IMG/VR virus record: IMGVR_UViG_3300025871_000007
DNA from: an uncultured virus (IMG/VR IMGVR_UViG_3300025871_000007)
Taxonomy: Duplodnaviria; Heunggongvirae; Uroviricota; Caudoviricetes
Length of the DNA: 20,000 bases
Strand: one strand, 5' to 3'
Translations under genes and position numbers: made by a program
Shown here: piece by piece, positions 1 through 8,863 of the stretch
How the letters are laid out: the number at the start of each line of letters is the position of its first letter
How positions within the stretch are numbered: position 1 is the stretch's first letter
The notes under the pieces: generated by a model
What the model saw: the letters and a program-made list of their open reading frames with translations, nothing else
Database searches by the model: none
Told to the model about the DNA's origin: nothing

Positions 1-378
1 TTACTTTTTCATCCTCAACTTGTAGAAGGATATAATTATAAAGAATCCAAATGTTATTTGGTATCGATAGACGTACCACAATCTGGAAATTATAGCTTGA
101 TATCAAAGAAAATATTTGATATTATAAAGCATCGCGTAGGTAATGCTATATCAATATTGGGTATGTTTACAGATCCACTTTTAAAAGATTCTGTTAAAGT
201 AACAATTATAAATTCTGGATTACAATTACCTAAAATACTCCAATCTAGAATAAAGAATCTAAGAAGAGATGAAAATGCTTTTCAACATAAACAAGAAAAG
301 GAGGATCAAACTATTCAAGTTATTTCAGAATTAACATTTGATGAAGATCTCTCACTAGATAAAGACTTTCAACTATAA
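1..378 (+). CDS. Hypothetical protein, probably 5'-truncated by the window edge
   Basis: The frame of the 58..378 ORF is open back to position 1; no recognisable motif. Confidence 0.6.
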   Translation, partial: LLFHPQLVEGYNYKESKCYLVSIDVPQSGNYSLISKKIFDIIKHRVGNAISILGMFTDPLLKDSVKVTIINSGLQLPKILQSRIKNLRRDENAFQHKQEKEDQTIQVISELTFDEDLSLDKDFQL

Positions 379-406
379 TAGCTATCAAATTATACGGAGG
401 CTTTAC

Positions 407-1021
407 ATGAATTCTAATGTAGAAACATTATATGTAGAATATACGCAAGAAAAAAATACTTTTAAGAAAGAAAGAATTCTAGGTAAAATATTTAAATGTT
501 ATGAACCTTTATCTAATAAACTTTCTTATAAATATTCCAGGATTTTCCCATCATATGAAGCAGAGGATTGGAAAATCTTGGTAAATCTAGGAATATGGGA
601 AGGAGTTAATAAAACTCCTACTAAAGAATTAGTTAGAAAATATATCTACTTTAGAATAAAGCATCAAATTGCAAAAGAAATACAACTTATAACAGCTAGA
701 AAGCAAACTTATTTTCATGAGGTAGAATTAGATTCTGTTATTATTTGTCCAGAAAATTCTGAAGAAACTCGTAAGATTACTAAATTAGATATAGAAGCTG
801 CTATAAATAAATTACCAGATAAAACAAAACAGATTATTAAATTATGGATGGATGATGTTCCAGTATGTCCTGATTCAGCCAAATCATCTTTAATGCAAGC
901 ATCAATATGTGATGAAGTTAATCTTTCTTTTCCAGCAGTTTACTTTAGATTAGAAAGAGCATTTGAATTGTTGTATTGTTATCTATCAGATTATAAGGAA
1001 AGTATTTATGAGGAATGGTAG
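407..1021 (+). CDS. Divergent sigma70/ECF-like factor
   Basis: RBS GGAGG upstream; region-2-like helix (EAEDWKILVNLGIWEG..YIYFRIK) and region-4-like C-terminus (IEAAINKLPDKTKQIIKLW...ICDEVNLSFPAVYFRLERA). Confidence 0.65.
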   Translation: MNSNVETLYVEYTQEKNTFKKERILGKIFKCYEPLSNKLSYKYSRIFPSYEAEDWKILVNLGIWEGVNKTPTKELVRKYIYFRIKHQIAKEIQLITARKQTYFHEVELDSVIICPENSEETRKITKLDIEAAINKLPDKTKQIIKLWMDDVPVCPDSAKSSLMQASICDEVNLSFPAVYFRLERAFELLYCYLSDYKESIYEEW

Positions 1022-1220
1022 AAATATTTGTATCTATATGTCTGATTATAACCTTTATTGTTCTTTAGATAAAGAGGTTAGAGAACTATATTATAAAAAA
1101 TATGGTCAAGCTCTTTCCAAAAGCGAAGTGATTAATAAAGGATTAGCAGTTTTAAAAGATACATTAACTAAATCAGAAAATCTTTCTGAGCTACCCAAAT
1201 ATAGCAGGATATTCAAGTGA
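1008..1220 (+). CDS. Small putative ribbon-helix-helix-type DNA-binding protein
   Basis: ATG at 1008 follows AAGGA (995-999), a better start than 963; beta-strand (RNICIYM) then helices ending SKSEVINKGL; GTGA overlap with the helicase start. Confidence 0.5.
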   Translation: MRNGRNICIYMSDYNLYCSLDKEVRELYYKKYGQALSKSEVINKGLAVLKDTLTKSENLSELPKYSRIFK

Positions 1221-3670
1221 TAATTTCAGATAAAATATATATTCCATTATGTAAGTTAGGTGCTAAAGCAAATGATTTAGCTAAGATTTTTACCTATCAA
1301 AATCCAGAATATTTTGAAAAATCTAAAATGGGTTTTAGCACCACAAAATGCAGTCCTTTTCTTGCACATTATGCTTTTCAAGAATCCGAAACAAAGGAAA
1401 AATGCATAGTAGTACCTAGAGGTGCTATTAAGAAAGTTAAAACTTTTCTAGAAAAGAATAATATATCCTTACGCCACTTAGATAACAGAAATGAAGGTAA
1501 AGATATAGATATCGAGTTAACAGACACAAGATTAGAACCCCAGCAGTTAGAAATCATAGAGCTTTTAAAAGCTAATGAGGGTGGATTGATAGAAATGCTA
1601 CCGGGCGGTGGGAAGACAATTGCTGCTTTGGGTTTTATCTCAAAAGTAAAAAAATCTACTCTTATTCTAGTACATGAACATAGACTTAGAACACAATGGG
1701 AAGAAGAAATTAAAAGAAGACTTCAAGGAGATTTTACTCTAGGAAGATTAGATGGTGACGAGAAACGGGAAGGTGATATAACAATCGGAATTATTAATTC
1801 CGTTTATCTGATGTATAAAGAAAATAAAGATATCTTTTCAAAATATGGTGTAGTTATAGTCGATGAATGCTTTCCTTGGTATTCTAAAGTATTAACTAAT
1901 TCTGGATATAAAAATATTAAAGATGTACAAAAAGGAGATATTGTTCTAACTACGAATGAGACTACTAAAGAATTAGAATGGAAATCTGTAGTTAACAATA
2001 TACAAAAAAAATCAAGAAAAAATCTTATAAGTATAAAACTTAATAATGGTAAAAGTATTGTTTGTACAGAAGATCATAACATATATACTACTAAAGGATG
2101 GATATCAGCTAAAAATCTTGTATTAAATGATGAACTTATTACTGTGGATACTATTATTTATGGAAGAACTATCGAGAAGAAAAAAGAAAAACAAAGTGAT
2201 TGCAATTATTCCCTGTTACATTTGTGGAAAAGATGTGGAAATATTATCTGGAACTCAAACAAAGGAAACTTACAGACTGACAGGAAGAGCATATTGTTCA
2301 AGGGAATGTTCAAAAGCTTATGTCAGAAAAACGAGCAGCGAGACAATGACAAGAACAAATTTGAAATATCGAGATATTATTGTCAAAAGAATGTTGGAAA
2401 ACAATCCTTCAAAGGATCCAGAGATAGCAAAAAAAGCTGTACAAAAAAATCGAGAAAATGGTACTTACGATTTAAATTGTTTCGAACATTGCGGAAATGG
2501 GCGGGCATGTTCAAAAGAACATCAATCTTTATTAGATTCTCTGAATTTCATACAAGATATTTGGATAAAAGAATGTCCAGTTCCTACCAAAATGGGAAGA
2601 ACTTCAGGATATCCAACTTGTTACAAATTGGATATTGGTTGCAAAGAATTAAAAATTGGAATAGAAGTAGATGGGGATACTCATTTAAACAAACAACAGA
2701 TACAATTAGACAAAAAGAAGGATATATTCTTACAAGGATTGGGGTGGAAAGTATTACGCTTTACTCACTCGCAGATTCACGAAAACTTGACATCTTGCGT
2801 GGCGAAGATTATGTCTATGATCTTACAATAGAAGATAATCATAACTATTTTGTGGAAAATATATTAGTACATAATTGCCATCATACACCAGCAAAAATGT
2901 TTGAATTAGTAGTAAATAATATACCTGCTAAATATAGAATAGGTTTAACAGGTACTGTTAAAAGAAAAGATCAAAAAGAAATATTAATGTTCGATATTTT
3001 AGGCCCTGTTCTTATTTCTATAGGAGCAGAGGACTTGAAACATCGTGTTACTTCTTTTACCTATGAAATAGTAGAGACTAATTGTAAAATAGATGCACCT
3101 ACAAGAAAACTATGGGCTGATGGTGCAAGAGTAACAAAAGTAGATTATGTTTCTCTTTTAAGCCTACTGGTTAAAAATCAGCAAAGAAATACTATAATTT
3201 TAGAAAAAATTATAGAATCCATAAAAGAAGGATATAAGCCTTTAATATTATCAGATAGAGTAGATCATTGTAAATATCTTTATCAATATTTATTAGATTT
3301 AGGATATAATGTTGTATTATTAATAGGAGCTACACGCAAGCAATCTAATTGGGAAGAAATCAGACAAGATAATAGCATACAAGCTATTGTAGCACAGCGA
3401 AGCATCGCTGAAGAAGGTCTAGATTACCCTTCTCTATCCGCACTGCATTTAACCTGTCCATCTACTAATTTACCAAAACTAAAACAAAGAATAGGACGTA
3501 TTAGACGTGTAGCAGAAGATAAGATATTACTACCTAAAGTATACGATTATGCAGATAATGCAGTACAATTAAAAGATCAATTTGGAAAGCTTCAGTTTCC
3601 ATTAAAGAGATCGGCAAGATCTCGTGAAAGTTTTTATAAAAAGTTACAAGAGGAATATGAAAGTGCTTAA
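1217..3670 (+). CDS. Superfamily 2 (DExH, UvsW/XPB-like) helicase precursor containing an intein
   Basis: Walker A PGGGKT; Walker B VIVDE|CH split by the intein; motif III GLTGT; motif V EEGLDYP; motif VI QRIGRIRR. Spliced product 481 aa. Confidence 0.92.
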   Translation: MIISDKIYIPLCKLGAKANDLAKIFTYQNPEYFEKSKMGFSTTKCSPFLAHYAFQESETKEKCIVVPRGAIKKVKTFLEKNNISLRHLDNRNEGKDIDIELTDTRLEPQQLEIIELLKANEGGLIEMLPGGGKTIAALGFISKVKKSTLILVHEHRLRTQWEEEIKRRLQGDFTLGRLDGDEKREGDITIGIINSVYLMYKENKDIFSKYGVVIVDECFPWYSKVLTNSGYKNIKDVQKGDIVLTTNETTKELEWKSVVNNIQKKSRKNLISIKLNNGKSIVCTEDHNIYTTKGWISAKNLVLNDELITVDTIIYGRTIEKKKEKQSDCNYSLLHLWKRCGNIIWNSNKGNLQTDRKSILFKGMFKSLCQKNEQRDNDKNKFEISRYYCQKNVGKQSFKGSRDSKKSCTKKSRKWYLRFKLFRTLRKWAGMFKRTSIFIRFSEFHTRYLDKRMSSSYQNGKNFRISNLLQIGYWLQRIKNWNRSRWGYSFKQTTDTIRQKEGYILTRIGVESITLYSLADSRKLDILRGEDYVYDLTIEDNHNYFVENILVHNCHHTPAKMFELVVNNIPAKYRIGLTGTVKRKDQKEILMFDILGPVLISIGAEDLKHRVTSFTYEIVETNCKIDAPTRKLWADGARVTKVDYVSLLSLLVKNQQRNTIILEKIIESIKEGYKPLILSDRVDHCKYLYQYLLDLGYNVVLLIGATRKQSNWEEIRQDNSIQAIVAQRSIAEEGLDYPSLSALHLTCPSTNLPKLKQRIGRIRRVAEDKILLPKVYDYADNAVQLKDQFGKLQFPLKRSARSRESFYKKLQEEYESA
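1868..2875 (+). mobile_element. Intein (336 aa) inserted in the helicase DECH motif
   Basis: Starts CFPWYSKVLT (block A); block B CTEDHNIYT; block F YVYDLTIEDNHNYF; ends LVHN followed by Cys+1. Removal restores VIVDE-CHH. Confidence 0.93.
2127..2831 (+). CDS. Zn-finger + DUF559/Vsr-like PD-(D/E)xK endonuclease nested in the +1 frame inside the intein (start may be ATG 2160)
   Basis: CYICGK...YCSREC Zn motif; NUMOD-like NPSKDPEIAKK; catalytic-type YKLDIG..KIGIEVDGDTH..QLDKKKDIFLQGLGWKVLRF. Confidence 0.85.
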   Translation: MMNLLLWILLFMEELSRRKKKNKVIAIIPCYICGKDVEILSGTQTKETYRLTGRAYCSRECSKAYVRKTSSETMTRTNLKYRDIIVKRMLENNPSKDPEIAKKAVQKNRENGTYDLNCFEHCGNGRACSKEHQSLLDSLNFIQDIWIKECPVPTKMGRTSGYPTCYKLDIGCKELKIGIEVDGDTHLNKQQIQLDKKKDIFLQGLGWKVLRFTHSQIHENLTSCVAKIMSMILQ

Positions 3671-3712
3671 TATATACATGAGCACATATTTGGAGAAGAG
3701 ATCTATAATTAA

Positions 3713-4483
3713 ATGGATACGCAAGAACAACAAATTTCTCTCAATGAGAAATCATTAGATAAAAATGCAAAAGTAAGTAGAAATTTTGAAAATAGAACAG
3801 AATTGGAAACACAAGAGTTATATGATACAATAAAAGAAGCAGTATTGTGTGCTCAAGATCCTCAAAACGATGATTCTGATAAAGCACTGGCCTTTATTGT
3901 ATTTGTATTTGATCCTCTTATCAGAAAGATAGCAGGAAAGATCTACTTTTATATCAAAGATTGTGAAGAATATGAGGATATTCTTCAAGAAACTTACGCT
4001 ACCTTTATACGATTAGTATATGGGTATAATCCTTCCATTTCCGCCTTCCCTTATTACATTAGAAATATGTTACCAAGACAAGTTAAAGCATGGAGTCAAA
4101 GAACAAAAAGAAAATCTTACATTCCAGTAGATACTGTTATAGTTGATAATGCAATAGCAGATCCTTTTATGAATAGTAAGGATAGTGTTTATGAGAGATA
4201 TAATAGCTATGTAATGCAAGAAGAATATAAAGAATTTATTATGCAAAGAGCAGAAAGAAAAACAAAGAGTAATACAGTAAAAGAAGTTTGCTATAATTAC
4301 TTTTTGGGATCTTCCTCGTGTACTCAACTTGCAAAAAAATTAGGAATTTCATACCACGCAGTCTACGAAATTATACAAAGAATTAAACTGGAACTTCAAG
4401 TATTTTTAGAAGAAAATACTCTTACAGAACTTGAAGCTAGCAGTATGTTTCAGGATGAGACAAAAATAGATATAGAAAAATGA
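3713..4483 (+). CDS. Sigma70-family (phage) sigma factor
   Basis: Region 2: FDPLIRKIA..YEDILQETYATFIRLVYGYNPS..FPYYIRNML; region 4 HTH: TQLAKKLGISYHAVYEII. Confidence 0.8.
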   Translation: MDTQEQQISLNEKSLDKNAKVSRNFENRTELETQELYDTIKEAVLCAQDPQNDDSDKALAFIVFVFDPLIRKIAGKIYFYIKDCEEYEDILQETYATFIRLVYGYNPSISAFPYYIRNMLPRQVKAWSQRTKRKSYIPVDTVIVDNAIADPFMNSKDSVYERYNSYVMQEEYKEFIMQRAERKTKSNTVKEVCYNYFLGSSSCTQLAKKLGISYHAVYEIIQRIKLELQVFLEENTLTELEASSMFQDETKIDIEK

Positions 4484-4635
4484 TAAAAAGTATATTAGTA
4501 TTAATCTCCAGTGAAATTCATTGGAAAGTAAAACAAAAGTGTAAGCATAATAAATTGACTATTCAAGAAGTTACAGCTACACTCTTAGAAGAATTTTCTA
4601 AAGGAACTTTTGATAGTTTACTAAATATCAAATAA
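4480..4635 (+). CDS. 51-aa putative ribbon-helix-helix protein (not in ORF track)
   Basis: MIKSILVLISSEIHWKVKQKCKHNKLTIQEVTATLLEEFSKGTFDSLLNIK; ATGA overlap with the sigma gene stop; beta-alpha-alpha pattern. Confidence 0.6.
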   Translation: MIKSILVLISSEIHWKVKQKCKHNKLTIQEVTATLLEEFSKGTFDSLLNIK

Positions 4636-4674
4636 TACCTTAAAGATTATATTTGTATTATTATTTTTATAACA

Positions 4675-6663
4675 ATGTCAGATTTATTAACTAGCAGATT
4701 ATTAGATCCCTCGTATTCTCCTTCAACTACTACTCTACCCACGTTTTTAACTCCTAGTAAAAAAGAATGCCCAGTACGTTTTACTACAGATATTGTCGAA
4801 TTCTGTGAGCACGAAGAATTTTTGGGTACTAAGCTAAGACCACTACAAAAAAACTTTCTTGTCGATTTATATTCATTAGACGATTCCGGATATCCAAAAT
4901 ACGATACAGGTGTTTTTATAGCAGGTATGCGTGGTGGTAAATCTGCTTTAGCAGCATTTATAGCTGCATTTCAAGTGCACAGATTACTATCTATGAAGGA
5001 ACCAGCATTAGAGCTGCATCAGATTAAAGGGCAACGTCTTACTATACAATTTATTGCTAACTCCGAAGCACAAGCGAAAGAAACGGCGTATGCTACCTTT
5101 GAAACACTTATTACAGATTCATTTTGGTATCAAAAGTATATAGGATGGTTAAAAGAGAGAGAAAGAGAAGAACATCTTCCTGTAAATTCATTATTTGAAC
5201 ATAAAGCACAAAGTATAGAATTTTATGAAAAGAATGTTGCTATTTTATCGCTAAATTCTAACTCCGCAACTGCAGTAGGTAAAACTTCAGCATGCTGTAT
5301 ATTTGATGAGCTTTCTCGTTTTGATGTAGCGGAGAATGATATACAAGCTAAATCACAAAAGCGTGTTGCACAAGCTATTTATGACGGTGTAGCTAAAGCA
5401 GCAACATCTCTAATGCCTTTTTCTAAGGTTGTTACTATTACATCTCCTATGTATGAAGATGATTATGGCATGAGATTATTATATCAATCTGGTACATTTA
5501 AAGGCGGAGAACAAAGTGGTATTATTCATACTCTAAGAAGGCAATACCCTGATAAAGCAGAAAGAATGCTAGGATATCATTATACTACTTTTGAAATGAA
5601 TCCTCTAAAGGATGCAAATGGCAATATTATACCAGGTGGATTTAGCCCAGAACAAAGCTTTTTCAAGAGTAAAAGAAATGAGAGTCCAGAAGGTTTTAGA
5701 AGAGACTTTCTTGCTATACCACCCTCAGCAGTAAGTCCTTTCTTTGAATATCCTGAAAGAATAGAATCCTGTATTGTCAAGAATTCACAAGCAGTAATTT
5801 TCTTTGATAGGGAATTTCAAGAATCTGTAGACAGAGATGGATTACCACTAAGTGTTAGACATTATATAGGTAAATCTTTGGAAATAGTTAAGCCCAATAA
5901 AATGAAAGATTACTATATATCATGTGACCAGGGTGAAAAGAAAGATGCGTTTGTTGTAGCAATGGCACACGGAGAAACTATAGCTTATAGAACAGTAAAT
6001 ACAGAAGGAAAAGAAATAGAATATACTAGATATAAAGTTATAATAGATTTTATTGAATGTTGGGTTCCAGATCGAGAAAAACGTGTAACAGTATACTTTC
6101 CTAATGTAGAAGAAATCATATTTAAACTCCACCAAAATTTTAATATTAAGAAAGTAGTATTTGACCAGTGGAATAGTACAGAATCTATTCAAAGATTATT
6201 TAGTAAAGGAATAATGACAGAAAAAACTAATCCTTCTGAAAATCTAAAGAAATATGAGATTCTTAAGACATTATTTTATAATGGTCTTATAGAAATGCCT
6301 CAAAACGATAGGCTACTTAAAGAATTACGACAACTTAATTTGATACGTGGTCAGAAAGTTGATCACAGTTCTTCGGGAAGTTCGGATGCCTCCGATGCTC
6401 TAGCTAGAGTCGTATTCGAAGTATATATAAATGTATTGCAACAAGCGGTGCAAGGTAATGTTATTACTAATCCTATGCAGGTAGGCTTGCCCACATTAAG
6501 GGGCATTGCAGGGATGCAAGAATATATGAAGTCTCCTATGATAGCACCTACTGCTGGTTTACCTATTAATAGAACGCCAGGTAGTATAGGAGTAAGCAGT
6601 GTTTTTAGTAAAGGAACTAAAGCCCCAGAACAAAATGTCTTCCCAAATTTTCTACTTAAATAA
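4675..6663 (+). CDS. terL: Terminase large subunit
   Basis: Adenine-binding LRPLQ, Walker A GMRGGKS, Walker B CIFDE, coupling motif ITSP, RNase H-like nuclease acidic residues (YISCDQG, VVFDQWNS, DHSSSGSSDASDALA). Confidence 0.9.
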   Translation: MSDLLTSRLLDPSYSPSTTTLPTFLTPSKKECPVRFTTDIVEFCEHEEFLGTKLRPLQKNFLVDLYSLDDSGYPKYDTGVFIAGMRGGKSALAAFIAAFQVHRLLSMKEPALELHQIKGQRLTIQFIANSEAQAKETAYATFETLITDSFWYQKYIGWLKEREREEHLPVNSLFEHKAQSIEFYEKNVAILSLNSNSATAVGKTSACCIFDELSRFDVAENDIQAKSQKRVAQAIYDGVAKAATSLMPFSKVVTITSPMYEDDYGMRLLYQSGTFKGGEQSGIIHTLRRQYPDKAERMLGYHYTTFEMNPLKDANGNIIPGGFSPEQSFFKSKRNESPEGFRRDFLAIPPSAVSPFFEYPERIESCIVKNSQAVIFFDREFQESVDRDGLPLSVRHYIGKSLEIVKPNKMKDYYISCDQGEKKDAFVVAMAHGETIAYRTVNTEGKEIEYTRYKVIIDFIECWVPDREKRVTVYFPNVEEIIFKLHQNFNIKKVVFDQWNSTESIQRLFSKGIMTEKTNPSENLKKYEILKTLFYNGLIEMPQNDRLLKELRQLNLIRGQKVDHSSSGSSDASDALARVVFEVYINVLQQAVQGNVITNPMQVGLPTLRGIAGMQEYMKSPMIAPTAGLPINRTPGSIGVSSVFSKGTKAPEQNVFPNFLLK

Positions 6664-6677
6664 AGGAGATTAAGAAA

Positions 6678-7649
6678 ATGAGCGTTTCCAAACAACGATT
6701 ACAGGAAATAATGGAATTTTGCTTAGAACAAGGAGAAGAAAAAACTAGAGAATCTTTTAATATTACAGTATCTACATTGGAAAAGTATAAAAGATTATAT
6801 AAAGAACAGGTAAGTGATGATATAAATAAAAAGATTTATCTTGGACAGATTTTTGAAAGATTTAGCGAAGCAGAACTTAAATCTATAGCAGAAGGATCAA
6901 GGATTATACCAGGTGAACATTCATCTCCAAAATTAAATTTTGATGGTGAGAAAGTAACATTTGGTGCGATGGGTGATACACATATTGGAAGTGTCTATTT
7001 CAAAGAAGAATTACTAGAACAAGCAATAGAGGAATGTGATAAGCAAAATTGTCAGTTTATTTGTCATACAGGCGATCTAACAGACGGAATGTCTAGAAGA
7101 CCAGGTCATGTATACGAACTCAAGGATATAGGATATCAAAGGCAGAAAGAAAGAGCTGTACGATGCTTTTCACAATGGAGAAAACACTGGTACTTCATAG
7201 ATGGCAATCATGACCGTTGGTATGTCGAAAATAATAATTCTGGTGCAATTATAGCAAAAGATATTTGTAATGAATTAAATCACTTTGAACAAGGAGCCAC
7301 TTTTCTAGGGCATGATGAAGGAATTATTACACTAGGTGATATTAAGATTATGTTATGGCATGGAATAGATTCTTCTAGCTATGCTACTTCTTATCGACTG
7401 CAAAAACTAGTTGAAGCTTTTTCTGGCGGTGAGAAACCTAATGTTTTATTGGCAGGGCATGTACATAAACAAGGATACTTTTTTGAAAGAAATATTCATT
7501 GTATTAGTACTGGAGCAATATGTTTACAAAGCAGATGGATGCGAGGAAAGAGGCTGGCAAATCACAGCGGATTTTGGATCATTACGATGTGGATGAATGA
7601 AAAAGGAGTAAGTAAATTTCAACCAACTTGGTATCCATTTTACATGTAA
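6678..7649 (+). CDS. Calcineurin-like metallophosphoesterase with N-terminal helical/HTH-like extension
   Basis: All five motifs: GDTHIG, GDLTDG, GNHD, WHG, GHVH; RBS AAGGAG. Confidence 0.9.
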   Translation: MSVSKQRLQEIMEFCLEQGEEKTRESFNITVSTLEKYKRLYKEQVSDDINKKIYLGQIFERFSEAELKSIAEGSRIIPGEHSSPKLNFDGEKVTFGAMGDTHIGSVYFKEELLEQAIEECDKQNCQFICHTGDLTDGMSRRPGHVYELKDIGYQRQKERAVRCFSQWRKHWYFIDGNHDRWYVENNNSGAIIAKDICNELNHFEQGATFLGHDEGIITLGDIKIMLWHGIDSSSYATSYRLQKLVEAFSGGEKPNVLLAGHVHKQGYFFERNIHCISTGAICLQSRWMRGKRLANHSGFWIITMWMNEKGVSKFQPTWYPFYM

Positions 7650-7659
7650 GTAATCTATA

Positions 7660-7695
7660 AAACAAAATGCAGTAGTTAACTACTGCATTTTGTTT
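7660..7695. terminator. Bidirectional intrinsic terminator (36-bp perfect palindrome)
   Basis: AAACAAAATGCAGTAGTT|AACTACTGCATTTTGTTT between convergent gene blocks, A/T-rich ends on both sides. Confidence 0.85.
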
Positions 7696-7699
7696 GTTT

Positions 7700-7784
7700 A
7701 GCATATCTTATCACAACTTGACGGATCTTATCTCAACCCAACCCAACGTAATAAATTGAAACTCATTATACTATACCTTATCTG
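7700..7784 (-). repeat. Pentamer array A (17 units), candidate guide RNA
   Basis: + strand: AGCAT ATCTT ATCAC AACTT GACGG ATCTT ATCTC AACCC AACCC AACGT AATAA ATTGA AACTC ATTAT ACTAT ACCTT ATCTG; strict 5-nt phase, ANY-NN. Confidence 0.8.
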
Positions 7785-8079
7785 ATATACAATTTTTTTC
7801 TAATAGAAAACTATTCTCGTTTATTTCTGACTCTTCTTGAAAAACAGGAATAGTAATAATCTTTTTCTTTCTTAAAGAAAGAAGATCCGAATCACTAATT
7901 TCAATAGTTTTAGAAACTATTTTTGTAGAAAAGAAAAATCCTGGATATTTCATTCCATTTTCTGTTTCAAATACTTGAAGATAAACATTATCGTGATCTC
8001 TCCAGTAATATTCATCTTTATTGAGATTTAAATCTTTATAATCTTTTTTAACACTAAAACTAGCAGGAACTTTTTTCAT
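7771..8079 (-). CDS. Hypothetical protein
   Basis: 102-aa ORF with AAGGAG RBS; last codons overlap array A. Confidence 0.65.
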   Translation of the reverse strand: MKKVPASFSVKKDYKDLNLNKDEYYWRDHDNVYLQVFETENGMKYPGFFFSTKIVSKTIEISDSDLLSLRKKKIITIPVFQEESEINENSFLLEKNCISDKV

Positions 8080-8092
8080 TATTTTAACAATC

Positions 8093-8172
8093 TCCTTAAC
8101 TTAATATAACTTAATATAACTGAACGTAACCCAACGTAACTCAACTCAACTGAATTAAACATAACCTAACTT
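8093..8172 (-). repeat. Pentamer array B (16 units), candidate guide RNA
   Basis: + strand: TCCTT AACTT AATAT AACTT AATAT AACTG AACGT AACCC AACGT AACTC AACTC AACTG AATTA AACAT AACCT AACTT; begins at the stop codon of the RAMP-like gene. Confidence 0.9.
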
Positions 8173-8746
8173 ACTCTTCTATATACTCAATAGATTTAAC
8201 ATTAAATCTACCGTAGTATCCATTTTGACTTGGTCTGAATCTTAATAATCCTATAAATTTACCTGCTACATCTAAATGCCTTTCAAATACCTTTCCACCT
8301 TGGGTGGTAGCAATAGATTCATCAACTATAAAAAACTTTGCTTTTCCAGACCAAGATTCTATCTTTGGAAAAATTCTAGGTACACGTGTTGTACCACCTC
8401 TTGTTCCATCTGCAGGAACAAGCAATCTTTCACCTTGAACATCCTCTTTCTTAATAGAAAGAACAATGGGATCTACCACCATAAGACCTGCTTCAAATTT
8501 CTTGGTCCAAGTCTTCTTACCTTCGCCTTCAATTCTTTCAGACAAATACTTTGCTGCATTTGTCAGACAGTTTTTTAGAGCCATTGGAGGAATAATTACA
8601 TAACCTTCGTCATTGTAATGCATTCTTTCCTTCCAAGTTCTCTCTTCATAATCTGCATTCTTCTCTCCTTCTTTCTTTGGAACTTCATAATACTTTGAAA
8701 AACTTAAAGGACTTGCTCCTTCAATTTCAACTATTGCTGCTTTCAT
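8171..8746 (-). CDS. Solo RAMP/Cas7-like RNA-binding protein (candidate effector of the pentamer arrays)
   Basis: N-terminal strand IVEIEGASPL; GYVIIPPMALKNCLTNAA (cf. RAMP PYIPGSSLKG); thumb-like hairpin; C-terminal G-rich loop GKFIGLLRFRPSQNGYYGRFNV. RBS GAGGT. Confidence 0.75.
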   Translation of the reverse strand: MKAAIVEIEGASPLSFSKYYEVPKKEGEKNADYEERTWKERMHYNDEGYVIIPPMALKNCLTNAAKYLSERIEGEGKKTWTKKFEAGLMVVDPIVLSIKKEDVQGERLLVPADGTRGGTTRVPRIFPKIESWSGKAKFFIVDESIATTQGGKVFERHLDVAGKFIGLLRFRPSQNGYYGRFNVKSIEYIEE

Positions 8747-8778
8747 TTACTTTTACCTCATTTATTTTAAAATATTTT

Positions 8779-8863
8779 ACCTTACTATACCGAAATCCAA
8801 CTCAACGAAACGCAACCCAACACAACTTAACTCAACGAAACGCAACGCAACCAAACTTAATTA
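8779..8863 (-). repeat. Pentamer array C (17 units), candidate guide RNA
   Basis: + strand: ACCTT ACTAT ACCGA AATCC AACTC AACGA AACGC AACCC AACAC AACTT AACTC AACGA AACGC AACGC AACCA AACTT AATTA. Confidence 0.9.

Noticed and set aside
2127..2831. Frameshifted pseudogene or group I intron explanation for the nested nuclease
   Set aside because: The helicase-intein frame has no stop and has complete splice motifs at both ends, so neither a broken gene nor RNA splicing is needed.
4070..6695. Antisense ORFs 4070-4327, 5580-5780, 5920-6192, 6363-6695 (and 1804-1998)
   Set aside because: Shadow ORFs opposite well-supported genes, with no motifs.
7411..7596. 61-aa alternative-frame ORF inside the phosphoesterase
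   Set aside because: Short, non-ATG start, no recognisable motif, unlike the nested nuclease in the intein.
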